Notes under the pieces: generated by a model
Database searches by the model: none
What the model was told of the DNA's origin: nothing
What the model saw: only the letters and a program-made list of their open reading frames with translations
NCBI GenBank assembly: GCA_964598405.1
Contig: CAZRBS010000006.1
Coordinates: 3,972-47,164, forward strand
Origin: an uncultured Dehalococcoidaceae bacterium
GTDB taxonomy: Bacteria; Chloroflexota; Dehalococcoidia; Dehalococcoidales; RBG-16-60-22
Reading direction: 5' to 3'
Length of the DNA: 43,193 nucleotides
Shown here: one piece after another, positions 27,426 through 36,823 of the stretch
Position numbering within the stretch: position 1 is the stretch's first letter
Layout: each line of letters begins with the position of its first letter
Translations under genes and position numbers: made by a program

Positions 27426-29438
27426 ATGGAGCCGTTGATTCTGAGAATACTTGTGCTGATAGCCGGTGCGCTGGCTCTGGGCTTTGTGGGATATCTCACC
27501 GCCGCCATCATGCGTGAGAACCCGGGCACGGAGAAGATGCGGGAGATTTCTCATGCTATCCGGCAGGGAGCCATGGCCTTTTTGCGCCGCGAATTTACCA
27601 CCCTGGCTATATTTACCGTGGTGATATTCATTGCCCTGGCCATATTTATTGAGCCCAGGCCTTATGTGGCTATCGCCTACGTCTGCGGTACTTTGACCTC
27701 GGCTCTGGCCGGATGGCTGGGGATGAATATTGCGACCCTGGCGAACACCAGGACGGCTCACGCCGCCATCGGTAGCTGGGCGAAGGGGTTGAGAATCGCC
27801 TTCTCCAGCGGAGCGGTAATGGGCTTCTGTGTGGTTGGGTTGGGGCTGCTGGGCCTGTCCATTATCGCCTTCATCTGGGAAGACAGTCATGTCTGGCTGG
27901 GTTTTGCCTTTGGAGCTTCCTCGGTTGCCCTTTTCCTGAGGGCTGGCGGCGGCATCTTTACCAAGAGTGCCGATGTTGGCGCTGACCTGGTGGGGAAGGT
28001 GGAAAGGGGCATTCCGGAGGATGACCCCAGGAACCCGGCAGTAATTGCGGATAATGTTGGCGATAATGTTGGCGATGTCGCTGGCATGGGTTCTGACCTG
28101 TACGAGTCGTATGTCTCCGCTATCGCTGCTTCAATGGTTCTGGGGGTAATCGCCCTCGGGGCGGTAAAAGGTATGCTCCTGCCGCTTCTGCTCAGCGCTG
28201 TGGGCATCGTCGTTTCGATTATCGGAGCTCTCTCCGTCAGGCCGAAGGAGGTTGAGGCTAACTTTGAGAAGCAGGTAGCCAGGGCACACGCCACCATGAA
28301 CAGGGGCGTTTATGTCAGCAATATCCTGATGATTATTGCCAGCTTCTTTATAATCAGGGTTTACGTGGGTGAGATGGGGCTTTTCTGGGCGCTGATATCG
28401 GGCCTGATTGCCGGGTTTTTGATTGCCATTGCCACGGAATATTTTACCTCGGCAGAGCATGGTCCGGTGAAGAAAATAGCCCGGTCGACGGAGAGTGGGG
28501 TGGCGGTAACCATTATTGAGGGCATTGCCACCGGCTTTATGAGCACGGTGGCTCCGGTAATTCTGGTTGCCATTGCCACCGTGCTGGCCTACATTTTTGG
28601 TGACCTTCTGGGCATTGCTATTGCGGCTATGGGGATGCTGATTAACCTGGGCATGCTGCTGGCTATGGACTGTTATGGCCCGATTGCGGATAATTCGGCG
28701 GGTATTGCCCAGATGGCCGGTCTGGGCAAAGAAGTGAGGGAGCGCTGCGAGGCACTGGACTCGGTGGGCAATACCACGGCGGCGCTGGGGAAAGGCTTTG
28801 CCATCGCTTCGGCGGCGCTGGCAGCTCTGGCCTGGCTGGCCACCTATTTTGAAGTGGCTGAAGTTGAAATTGCCAGCCTGACCAATGTGGCGGTAATCTC
28901 CGGCGTGCTCATCGGCGGTGTGCTGACCTTCGTTTTTTGCGCCCTGGCGTTGAGGGGTGTCGGTGCCGGGGCTTTTGCCATTGTGAATGAGGTGAGGAGG
29001 CAGTTCCGGGAAATAAAGGGACTGATGGAAGGTGAGGCCAAGGCGGACTACGTGAGCTGCGTTGACATTGCCACCAAGAGGGCCCTGAAGTCAATGATGC
29101 TTCCCGGGATTCTGGTGCTGGGAGTGCCGCTGCTCCTCGGCTTTACGCTCGGTCCGAATGCGGTTGCCGGGTTGCTGGTCGGGTCGCTGTTGACCGGGTT
29201 TATCGTTGCGGTGATGATGGCCAATGCCGGTGGCGCCTGGGACAACGCCAAGAAATTTATTGAGGCAGGTAACCTGGGAGGCAAGGGCAGTGAGGCTCAC
29301 AAGGCGGCGGTCATCGGCGATACGGTGGGAGACCCTTTCAAGGATACGGCTGGACCTTCGCTGAACATACTGATCAAGCTGGTGGGTAAGGTGGCCGTAA
29401 TTTTTGGCCCTGTCTTCATCATGCTGGTCGCCTTATAA
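27426..29438 (+). CDS. hppA: Membrane-integral pyrophosphatase, K+-dependent, probably Na+-translocating
   Basis: GGGIFTKSADVGADLVGKVE, IPEDDPRNP, DNVGDNVGD, GNTTAA, GGAWDNAKK, GDTVGDPFKDT. Confidence 0.96.
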   Translation: MEPLILRILVLIAGALALGFVGYLTAAIMRENPGTEKMREISHAIRQGAMAFLRREFTTLAIFTVVIFIALAIFIEPRPYVAIAYVCGTLTSALAGWLGMNIATLANTRTAHAAIGSWAKGLRIAFSSGAVMGFCVVGLGLLGLSIIAFIWEDSHVWLGFAFGASSVALFLRAGGGIFTKSADVGADLVGKVERGIPEDDPRNPAVIADNVGDNVGDVAGMGSDLYESYVSAIAASMVLGVIALGAVKGMLLPLLLSAVGIVVSIIGALSVRPKEVEANFEKQVARAHATMNRGVYVSNILMIIASFFIIRVYVGEMGLFWALISGLIAGFLIAIATEYFTSAEHGPVKKIARSTESGVAVTIIEGIATGFMSTVAPVILVAIATVLAYIFGDLLGIAIAAMGMLINLGMLLAMDCYGPIADNSAGIAQMAGLGKEVRERCEALDSVGNTTAALGKGFAIASAALAALAWLATYFEVAEVEIASLTNVAVISGVLIGGVLTFVFCALALRGVGAGAFAIVNEVRRQFREIKGLMEGEAKADYVSCVDIATKRALKSMMLPGILVLGVPLLLGFTLGPNAVAGLLVGSLLTGFIVAVMMANAGGAWDNAKKFIEAGNLGGKGSEAHKAAVIGDTVGDPFKDTAGPSLNILIKLVGKVAVIFGPVFIMLVAL

Positions 29439-29458
29439 GCGGCAAATCCTTGCTATTC

Positions 29459-30079
29459 TTAACTTTGCAGGAAAGGATTTGACCGGCGTTCAATGCCAAT
29501 CGTGGTATCGGGGCCGTGACCGGGGTAAACGATGGTCTCATCGGGCAGCCCCATGAGTTTGGTCTGGATGCTGTCCATAAGCTGAGCGCCATCACCGCCG
29601 GGCAGGTCATATCTGCCGATGCCGTAGTTGAACAGGGTGTCACCGCTGAACAGGACTCCGTTGCCAGAAAGGCAGATGCTGCCCGGGCTGTGCCCCGGCG
29701 TATGAAGAACCTGAAAGTGCAGGTCATCAATATCAATGGACTCTCCTCCTTTAAGGGGCCTATCGGGAGGAGGTGGGGTGGGGCAAGAGGGGCCGAAGAT
29801 AAAGCTTAACGACTGCGGGTGGAGAAATGGAATGTCATCAGCGTGAATCATTATTTCCGCGCCGGTGGCTTCTTTGATTTCCTTCAAAGCGGCAACGTGG
29901 TCGGGGTGGCCGTGGGTCAGCACGATGTTTCTGATATCGAGTTCCAGTTCCCTGACGCATTTAAAGACCTTTTTTGCTTCATCGCCGGGGTCAACTATCA
30001 TTCCCTTTCTGGTTGTTTCGGAGCCGACGACATAGCAGTTAGATGCAAATGGTCCCACGGTCAGTTTCTTAAGAATCAC
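29459..30079 (-). CDS. MBL-fold metallohydrolase (glyoxalase II/YcbL-like)
   Basis: NCY, VDPG, THGHPDH, HTPGHSPG, FSGDTLF, GRYDLPGG, YPGHG; GTG start uncertain. Confidence 0.9.
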   Translation of the reverse strand: MILKKLTVGPFASNCYVVGSETTRKGMIVDPGDEAKKVFKCVRELELDIRNIVLTHGHPDHVAALKEIKEATGAEIMIHADDIPFLHPQSLSFIFGPSCPTPPPPDRPLKGGESIDIDDLHFQVLHTPGHSPGSICLSGNGVLFSGDTLFNYGIGRYDLPGGDGAQLMDSIQTKLMGLPDETIVYPGHGPDTTIGIERRSNPFLQS

Positions 30080-30286
30080 CACGCCTTCCTGTTCTGGATG
30101 TATTGTCCGGGTAGCGCCTGCTTTAAGCGGCACGGACTTTGCATTTTACCATTTAGCCGGATTATGCTCAAGTAAACTGTCCGGCGAGGTTTGACATTGT
30201 TGACACTGAAAGGAGCAGGTGATACTCTTTTTCTGGAAAGGCGACCGGATAGATAGGATAACAAGAATAAAGGAGGTAGTCAGTTT

Positions 30287-31471
30287 ATGTCCGCAATCTC
30301 TTATCAGAACCTGGAGCCACCGGGCCGGATTCTTCTTGGGCCCGGCCCGAGCAATGTGCATCCCCGTGTGCAGAGGGCGATGCAGGCACCCATAGAGGGC
30401 TACCTGGACCCGTACTGCCTGACCATCATGGACGATATTGTTAACCTGCTTCGCTTTCTTTTCCAGACCGGGAATGAAGTGGCTCTCCCGATATCCGGGA
30501 CCGGTTCAGCCGGAATGGATGCCAGCTTCTGTAATTTCCTGGAGCCGGGAGATGTTGCCGTCATCGGTGTTAACGGCTTTTTCGGAGAGCGGATGGTGGA
30601 TATCGCTCAGAGGTATGGTGGTACCGTAATTCAGGTACCGGCAGAATGGGGGCGAATCATTGAACCCGAAGCAATCGAAGCGGCGCTGAAGGCCCAGAAG
30701 CGGGTGAAAATGGTGGCGGTAGTCCAGGCGGAGACCTCCACCGGTGTCCTCCAGCCTCTGGTGGATATTGCCCGCCTCGCCAGGGAGCATGAAGCCCTGT
30801 TCCTGGTGGATGCCGTTACCTCTCTGGGCGGACATGAGCTGGCTGTGGACGATTGGGGAATCGACGTTTGTTACAGCGGTACACAGAAGTGCATCGGCGC
30901 TCCTTCGGGCCTATCCCCCTTCACTGCCAATGATAGGGCCATGTCCAGGCTGAAGGCGCGCAATGGCAAAGTGCCCGGTTTTTACCTGGACCTGTCGCTG
31001 CTGTCCAACTACTGGTCAAGGAAAGTATACCACCATACCGGGCCGATATCCCTTTTCTACGCCCTTCATGAAGCCCTGGCCTTAATCGCGGATGAGGGCC
31101 TGGAGGCTCGTTGGCAGCGCCACCTCAGGAACGGCTCTGCTCTCCACGCCGGCCTTGAAGCGATGGGCCTGACCCTGCACGCTCAGCAGGGCCACCGGCT
31201 GAGCAGCCTGACCTCGGTACGCGTTCCCCCGGGAGTGGATGACCTGCGGGTGAGGCAGAGGCTCCTCAACGAGTTCGGCGTCGAGGTTGGTGGAGGTCTG
31301 GGGCCATTGAAAGGGCAAATCTGGCGGGTCGGGCTTATGGGACATTCCTCCAGTGCGGAAAACGTGCTCCTCCTCCTCTATGCTCTGGAGAAGATATTGC
31401 CCGCTGAGGGTTGCCCGGTTGAACCCGGAGCAGGAGTGGCTGCCGCCGCGCAGGCTCTGAAAAAGGGCTGA
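30287..31471 (+). CDS. Class V PLP aminotransferase (alanine-glyoxylate/serine-pyruvate type)
   Basis: LLGPGPSNV, GTGSAGM, AETSTGV, VDAVTSLGG, SGTQKC, YHHT. Confidence 0.92.
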   Translation: MSAISYQNLEPPGRILLGPGPSNVHPRVQRAMQAPIEGYLDPYCLTIMDDIVNLLRFLFQTGNEVALPISGTGSAGMDASFCNFLEPGDVAVIGVNGFFGERMVDIAQRYGGTVIQVPAEWGRIIEPEAIEAALKAQKRVKMVAVVQAETSTGVLQPLVDIARLAREHEALFLVDAVTSLGGHELAVDDWGIDVCYSGTQKCIGAPSGLSPFTANDRAMSRLKARNGKVPGFYLDLSLLSNYWSRKVYHHTGPISLFYALHEALALIADEGLEARWQRHLRNGSALHAGLEAMGLTLHAQQGHRLSSLTSVRVPPGVDDLRVRQRLLNEFGVEVGGGLGPLKGQIWRVGLMGHSSSAENVLLLLYALEKILPAEGCPVEPGAGVAAAAQALKKG

Positions 31472-31510
31472 GCCTCCTCCGGTCCCCGGACAGGCGATGG
31501 AAAGGTAAGT

Positions 31511-32812
31511 ATGGCTGACATTTATCCGTTTCGCGGGGTGCGCTATAATCAGGCGCTGGTTCATGACCTGACATCGGTTATCTGCCCTCCCTATGATATT
31601 ATCACCCCGCAGATGCAGCGGGAACTTTATCAGCGGAGCGATTATAATTTTGTCCGCCTGGAATATACCCGGGAGGAGGCGGGGGAAGATAAATATGCCC
31701 GTGCGGCGGCTGCCCTGCAAGACTGGCTGGAGCGGGGCATACTTGAAGTTGATGAAGCACCGGCCCTTTATCTTTATGACCACTATTTTACCTGCCAGGG
31801 CAGGCAGTACCGGCGCCGCGGTATAATCAGCGCCGTCAGGCTGGAAGCGCAGGATAAACTGGTCGTCCGTCCCCATGAAAACACCATGGCCAGACCGAAA
31901 AGCGACCGGCTAAGGCTGTTGCAGGCTCTGCGGGCCAATACCAGCTCGGTTCTGGCCCTGTTTGCGGATAATGGGCAGCGTGTATCCTCTTTGCTGGCGG
32001 CTCAGGAAAGGGAAAAGCCGGTGATTGATTTCGGTGCCGGTGATGGAGAGAGGCACCGGATATGGGCTATTACCGGGGACGGGGCTATCAGCCAGATACG
32101 AAGCTGCCTGGCAGGAGAGCCGCTCTATATAGCGGACGGGCACCATCGCTATGAGAGTGCCCTGAATTACCAGCATGAACGGCAGGCTATGCTTCCGGAG
32201 GCGTCAGGAGACGAAGGATTTAATTTTGCGATGATAACGCTGGTGGACTTTGCTGACCCCGGCCTGGTGATACTGCCCATCCACCGACTGGTTTGCGGCG
32301 TATCGCACTCGGCTCTTGAAGAGCTACCGGCCAGATTGAAACCGCTCTTTGAAGTGGAGGAACTGCCGCTGGACAAGACTGATGTCTGGCAGAAGGTCGA
32401 CGATTTTCTGGCTGGGGAAGCGGGTCAGGTCAAGCTGGCTATTTTCGGATTGACCAAAAAGGACCTGGTTCTGCTCAGGCTGCGCAGCTTCGCCGCTGCC
32501 GACCGGCTTATGGCTCCTTCCCGTTCTGGATGGCATAGAAGGCTGGCTGCCAGCGTTGTTGACCGGCTGATACTGGAGAAAATGCTCGGTTTCGGCCCCG
32601 GCTCGGAGGAGACCTCCGTGTCCTTTTCTTCCGACAGGGTGGACGCGGTGAATAAAGTGTTGAGCGGGGAGTACCAGATGGCTTTCCTGCTGGGCCCGGT
32701 CAGGGCGGAGGTGATAAAAGCCGTGGCTGATGCTGGCGATAAGATGCCCAAGAAGTCGACCTACTTCTACCCCAAGCTGCCCTCGGGGCTGGTCTTCCGC
32801 CGTTTGGCGTAA
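31511..32812 (+). CDS. DUF1015 family protein
   Basis: PF.G.RY, PPYDII, PHENT....K.DR, YIADGHHRYE, PIHR, MP.KSTYFYPK..SG. Confidence 0.9.
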   Translation: MADIYPFRGVRYNQALVHDLTSVICPPYDIITPQMQRELYQRSDYNFVRLEYTREEAGEDKYARAAAALQDWLERGILEVDEAPALYLYDHYFTCQGRQYRRRGIISAVRLEAQDKLVVRPHENTMARPKSDRLRLLQALRANTSSVLALFADNGQRVSSLLAAQEREKPVIDFGAGDGERHRIWAITGDGAISQIRSCLAGEPLYIADGHHRYESALNYQHERQAMLPEASGDEGFNFAMITLVDFADPGLVILPIHRLVCGVSHSALEELPARLKPLFEVEELPLDKTDVWQKVDDFLAGEAGQVKLAIFGLTKKDLVLLRLRSFAAADRLMAPSRSGWHRRLAASVVDRLILEKMLGFGPGSEETSVSFSSDRVDAVNKVLSGEYQMAFLLGPVRAEVIKAVADAGDKMPKKSTYFYPKLPSGLVFRRLA

Positions 32813-32871
32813 CCCTGCCATCGGCCCGGAAAGTGGCCGGTGCTGAAGAAACCGCCGGGTATCCCCTTCGG

Positions 32872-32900
32872 TTGACGCTCGAGAAGGCTTATGCTACTAT
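32872..32900 (+). promoter_or_regulatory. ribF-tyrS promoter
   Basis: TTGACG-17 bp-TACTAT with TG extension. Confidence 0.65.
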
Positions 32901-33018
32901 TAAAACACCTCGGCCATGATAACCACGGGGTTTTATGAATGCTCCCTTTTTGAATTTTGCTCCTGACGGTTATCTGAATGATACGTTGATTATTAGTATT
33001 CCTCATTGAGGAGAAACT

Positions 33019-33957
33019 GTGGCGGTAGAAGAAGAGTTAGCCGGGTTTTCGCCGGGAAAAGACACGGTACTGAGTATCGGGGTTTTTGATGGGGTTCATC
33101 TCGGACATAAATTCCTGATTGCGCTGCTGATGGAGCAGGCGGGACGGCAGAATTTACTCGGGGGGGTGGTGACCTTTCGGCAGCACCCTCAGGAGGTACT
33201 GAAACCATGGACCGGCCTGCCTTTTTTGACCGGCCTTGCCGAAAGAATCAGGCTGCTTAAAGATGAGGGGGTGGAAATCGTCGTCCCCCTGTCCTTTGAT
33301 GATGAACTGGCCGGGCTGAGTGCCCGTCAGTTCGTCGGCCTGTTAAAGAAATACCTCCGCATGCGCGGACTGGTAATCGGCCCTGACTTTGCCCTGGGGC
33401 GTAAAAGGGAAGGCGACGCTGACACTCTTCGTGTGCTGGGGCGGGAGATGGGCTTCCGGGTAACCGCGGTGTCACCGGCGAAGATAAACGGAGAAATCGT
33501 GAGCAGCACCGCAATACGGCAGGCGCTGGCACAGGGGGATATGAAGAAGGTGCGTGACCTGGCGGGACGCCCCTTCGGTCTTCATGGCCGGGTGGTGGCC
33601 GGAGATGGCCGCGGTGAGGAACTGGGTTTTCCCACCGCCAATCTGGACGTGGAGCCGGGGCAGGCGCTTCCTGCCGACGGTGTTTATGCGGTGCGGGCTT
33701 ATATCGGGGAGAAGGTGCGTCCGGCGGTGGCTTATATCGGTAAGAAACCTACCTTTGGCGGCAATAAACGGGGGGTGGAGGTCTATGTTCTGGACTATCA
33801 TAATAGCCTGCGCGGGCAGGACTTGAAAGTGGATATTATGGAAAGGCTTCGCGGTGAAAGGCGATTTGGTGCCGTGGAAGAGCTAAAAAAACAGATAGCG
33901 GATGATGTGGAGCGGGGCAGGGCTATACTGGACGCCGGGGGTGTAAACTGGATATGA
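33019..33957 (+). CDS. ribF: Bifunctional FAD synthetase / riboflavin kinase
   Basis: IGVFDGVHLGH, GPDFALG, VSSTAIR, GFPTANL, PADGVYA, PTF, LRGERRF. Confidence 0.95.
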   Translation: MAVEEELAGFSPGKDTVLSIGVFDGVHLGHKFLIALLMEQAGRQNLLGGVVTFRQHPQEVLKPWTGLPFLTGLAERIRLLKDEGVEIVVPLSFDDELAGLSARQFVGLLKKYLRMRGLVIGPDFALGRKREGDADTLRVLGREMGFRVTAVSPAKINGEIVSSTAIRQALAQGDMKKVRDLAGRPFGLHGRVVAGDGRGEELGFPTANLDVEPGQALPADGVYAVRAYIGEKVRPAVAYIGKKPTFGGNKRGVEVYVLDYHNSLRGQDLKVDIMERLRGERRFGAVEELKKQIADDVERGRAILDAGGVNWI

Positions 33958-35165
33958 CAGCTAACAAAAAGGCGGTAACTGACCGGGAGGCCGGCCGCTT
34001 GCTCAAGCGCGGCGTGGCCGAGGTTATCGTTGAATCGGAGATGATTGAGCTGCTCCGTTCCGGTAAAAAACTGCGACTGAAAGAGGGCTTCGATCCCAGT
34101 TTCCCCGATATTCACCTGGGTCACATGGTGGCGCTAAGAAAGCTGCGTCAGCTCCAGGAGCTGGGGCACCAGGTTATCCTTATCGTTGGTGACTGGACAG
34201 CCCAGATTGGCGACCCGAGCGGCGTTTCCGTCACCAGACCGATGCTATCCGCGGAGCAGGTCAAGGCTAATGCCGAGACCTACATGAAGCAGTTCTTCAA
34301 GGTAGTTGACCGGGAAAAGACGGAAGTGAGATGGCAGAGCGAGTGGTTCGGTCCGTTCACCCTTGCTGATGTAATCAGGCTCACCAGCAAGTTTACCGTG
34401 GCGCAGCTGCTGGCCAGGGAGGATTTTAACGTCAGGTATAACTCCGGACGGCCTATTGCGGTAACCGAGCTGCTCTACCCTCTGCTCCAGGCCTATGACT
34501 CGGTGGCGATACAGGCTGACGTCGAGTTTGGCGGGACTGACCAGAAGTTCAATATCCTGATGGGGCGGGAGCTTCAGGGCATGGTGGGACAGCGTCCCCA
34601 GCAGTGTTTTCTGACCCCCCTGCTCATCGGCACGGATGGCAACCAGAAGATGAGCAAGAGCCTGGGTAACTATATTGGCGTCGCCGAGCCGCTCGGTGAG
34701 ATATACGGAAAAACGATGTCGATTACGGATAGCCTTATCCTGCAATATTTCGAGCTGGTGACAGATGTGCCCGATGAGGAGATAGAGGAATTCCGGCAGG
34801 CGCTTGACAGTAATGCGGTTAACCCCATGGAGCTCAAAAAGCGTCTGGCCAGAGAGCTTGTGGAACAGCTCTATGACCGGAAGGCGGCTGATGAGGCGGA
34901 AAAGCAGTTTGAAAGGGTGGTGCAGAAGAAGGAAATACCTGTAGATGTAATTGAATACGAAACCGAGAAAGGCACCAGTTTTCGTCGGTTTCTTGTTAAA
35001 GCGAATCTTGCTGGCAGTTTGGGTGCGGCTGATAGGTTGATTCAGCAAAACGCGGTTAGCTTCAATGGAGAGAGAGTTATCGACCGTAATGCTCCCATTG
35101 AGCGCACCGGTATTGTTAAGGTGGGTAAAATTCGCTTTGTCAAAGCAATAATCCCTGGCACGTGA
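33954..35165 (+). CDS. tyrS: Tyrosyl-tRNA synthetase
   Basis: GFDPS..DIHLGH, IGDPSG, YPLLQAYD, GGTDQKFN, KMSKSLGN; C-terminal S4-like domain. Confidence 0.97.
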   Translation: MTANKKAVTDREAGRLLKRGVAEVIVESEMIELLRSGKKLRLKEGFDPSFPDIHLGHMVALRKLRQLQELGHQVILIVGDWTAQIGDPSGVSVTRPMLSAEQVKANAETYMKQFFKVVDREKTEVRWQSEWFGPFTLADVIRLTSKFTVAQLLAREDFNVRYNSGRPIAVTELLYPLLQAYDSVAIQADVEFGGTDQKFNILMGRELQGMVGQRPQQCFLTPLLIGTDGNQKMSKSLGNYIGVAEPLGEIYGKTMSITDSLILQYFELVTDVPDEEIEEFRQALDSNAVNPMELKKRLARELVEQLYDRKAADEAEKQFERVVQKKEIPVDVIEYETEKGTSFRRFLVKANLAGSLGAADRLIQQNAVSFNGERVIDRNAPIERTGIVKVGKIRFVKAIIPGT

Positions 35166-35240
35166 TTCCGCGGTGTTTGATGAGATAGGTAAATGCGCCA
35201 CTTTGCCAGCGTGATTGATACCGGTTAGGAGGAGTTCGCT

Positions 35241-35651
35241 ATGAATTACCTGCCACTGGCGATAACTACGATGCTGCTTTTCGGGACCCATTATTTTCTG
35301 GTCAAGCTCATATCCCCGCATATTGCGAGCCCGATAATAGCATTTCTGGGCTCTGTGGTGGTCGTCCCGATTGTGCTGACCTACATTTATTTCACCGGAA
35401 CTCCCTTCGTCCCGCAGCAGAAGGTATACCTGTTATATGCGCTGCTGATAGCAATACCGCTGGCGATAGGCATCCTGGCCCTGTATATGGCGATTGATAA
35501 AGGGCCGGTATCTGTGGTCATGCCCATCTACGGGCTTAACGGCATGATGACGGCCTTTCTCGGTATATTGATTTTGCGGGAATCGGTCACGGTGGAAAGG
35601 GTTCTCGGGCTGGTGCTGGCGGTGGCGGCGATTGTGCTGCTGAGCCGTTAG
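35241..35651 (+). CDS. Small EamA/DMT-family membrane protein
   Basis: About five hydrophobic segments; GPVSVVMPI, ILILRESVT..RVLG motif; strong RBS AGGAGG. Confidence 0.82.
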   Translation: MNYLPLAITTMLLFGTHYFLVKLISPHIASPIIAFLGSVVVVPIVLTYIYFTGTPFVPQQKVYLLYALLIAIPLAIGILALYMAIDKGPVSVVMPIYGLNGMMTAFLGILILRESVTVERVLGLVLAVAAIVLLSR

Positions 35652-35673
35652 AAATATTGATATTGCGCGTAAT

Positions 35674-35703
35674 TTGATTTACCGGCTGAGCGGTTGTTAT
35701 AAC
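35674..35703 (+). promoter_or_regulatory. Putative promoter of the aminotransferase-serA operon
   Basis: TTGATT-18 bp-TATAAC with TG extension. Confidence 0.55.
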
Positions 35704-35727
35704 TAAATCTGACAGAGGAGGAGAAGA

Positions 35728-36819
35728 ATGACGGAAAGTTTACGGGTCCCGGGACCTACCCCCTGCCCGGAAGAGGTGCTCCGGGCGATGTCCAGGCAGA
35801 TGATAAACCATCGCGGGCCGGAATTTGCCCGGTTGCTCTCCGGGGTGACAGAAAAACTGAAAAAGGTTTTCCAGACCAGGGGTGACGTCCTCCTGCTTGC
35901 CGGTTCGGGCACGGGAGGACTGGAGGCGGCGGTGGTGAACAGCCTTTCGCCGGGGGATAAGGTACTATCAGTTTCGGTTGGCGCTTTTGGGGACCGCTTT
36001 GGCAGTATCGCCCGGCAGTTTGGCGCCGAGGTAATCCCGCTCCAGTTCGAATGGGGCAAGATAGCAGACGCTGACAGCATACGCCGGGCACTTCAGGCGG
36101 ACCCGGAGATTAAGGCAGTGATGGTAACCCATAACGAGACCTCCACCGGCGTCACCAATGACCTGGCATCCATCAATTCGGTGGTGAAGGAAGCCGGCAA
36201 GCTTCTGCTGGTTGATGCCATCAGCAGCCTGGGCTCGATTAATCTGCCGGTAGATGACTGGCACTGCGATGTTACCGTTACCGCTTCCCAGAAGGGCTGG
36301 ATGGTTCCTCCCGGCCTGGCGATGGTCAGCGTCAGCCCGGAGGCGTGGCGGGCGTATGAAGGGGCAAAAATGCCGCGTTTCAACTGGGACTTCGCCAAGG
36401 CAAAAAGCTATCTGGAAAAGGGGCAGACTCCCTGGACACCGGCAGTATCGGTGATGTTCGGCCTGGAAGTGGCGCTGGAGATGATGCTGAAGGAAGGCAT
36501 AGCCAGCATTTTCGCCCGCCATGCCCGTGTGGGTGCAGCTGCCCGTGAGGGAGTAAAATCGCTGGGGCTGTCCCTTTTTGCCGACGAAAAGTTTGCCTCC
36601 AATACGGTTACGGCGGTGGCGGCTAGCAAAGGGCTGGACGTGAAAAAGCTGAACCAGATTATGAGGGAAGAGTACCAGGTGGTGCTTGCCGGAGGGCAGC
36701 AGAGCCTGGACGGGAAGATATTCCGCATCGGCCATCTGGGCCTGGTCACCGAGGCGGATATCGAGGTCGTAATCTCAGCCCTGAAATCGGCTTTGCCCAA
36801 AGCGGGCTTTGCAGGGTAA
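35728..36819 (+). CDS. Class V PLP aminotransferase, probably acting as phosphoserine aminotransferase
   Basis: PGPTP, NHRGPEF, GSGTGGLE, HNETSTGV, VDAISSLG, ASQKG, TPWTP; directly upstream of serA. Confidence 0.9.
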   Translation: MTESLRVPGPTPCPEEVLRAMSRQMINHRGPEFARLLSGVTEKLKKVFQTRGDVLLLAGSGTGGLEAAVVNSLSPGDKVLSVSVGAFGDRFGSIARQFGAEVIPLQFEWGKIADADSIRRALQADPEIKAVMVTHNETSTGVTNDLASINSVVKEAGKLLLVDAISSLGSINLPVDDWHCDVTVTASQKGWMVPPGLAMVSVSPEAWRAYEGAKMPRFNWDFAKAKSYLEKGQTPWTPAVSVMFGLEVALEMMLKEGIASIFARHARVGAAAREGVKSLGLSLFADEKFASNTVTAVAASKGLDVKKLNQIMREEYQVVLAGGQQSLDGKIFRIGHLGLVTEADIEVVISALKSALPKAGFAG

Positions 36820-36823
36820 GACG

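Noticed and set aside
28045-28080. Tandem repeat GATAATGTTGGC x2
   Set aside because: Encodes the conserved DNVGDNVGD motif of mPPases
32908-32976. Canonical fluoride or FMN riboswitch before ribF
   Set aside because: FMN aptamer motifs are absent; similarity to the fluoride consensus is partial and the gene context is atypical; kept only as an unclassified leader
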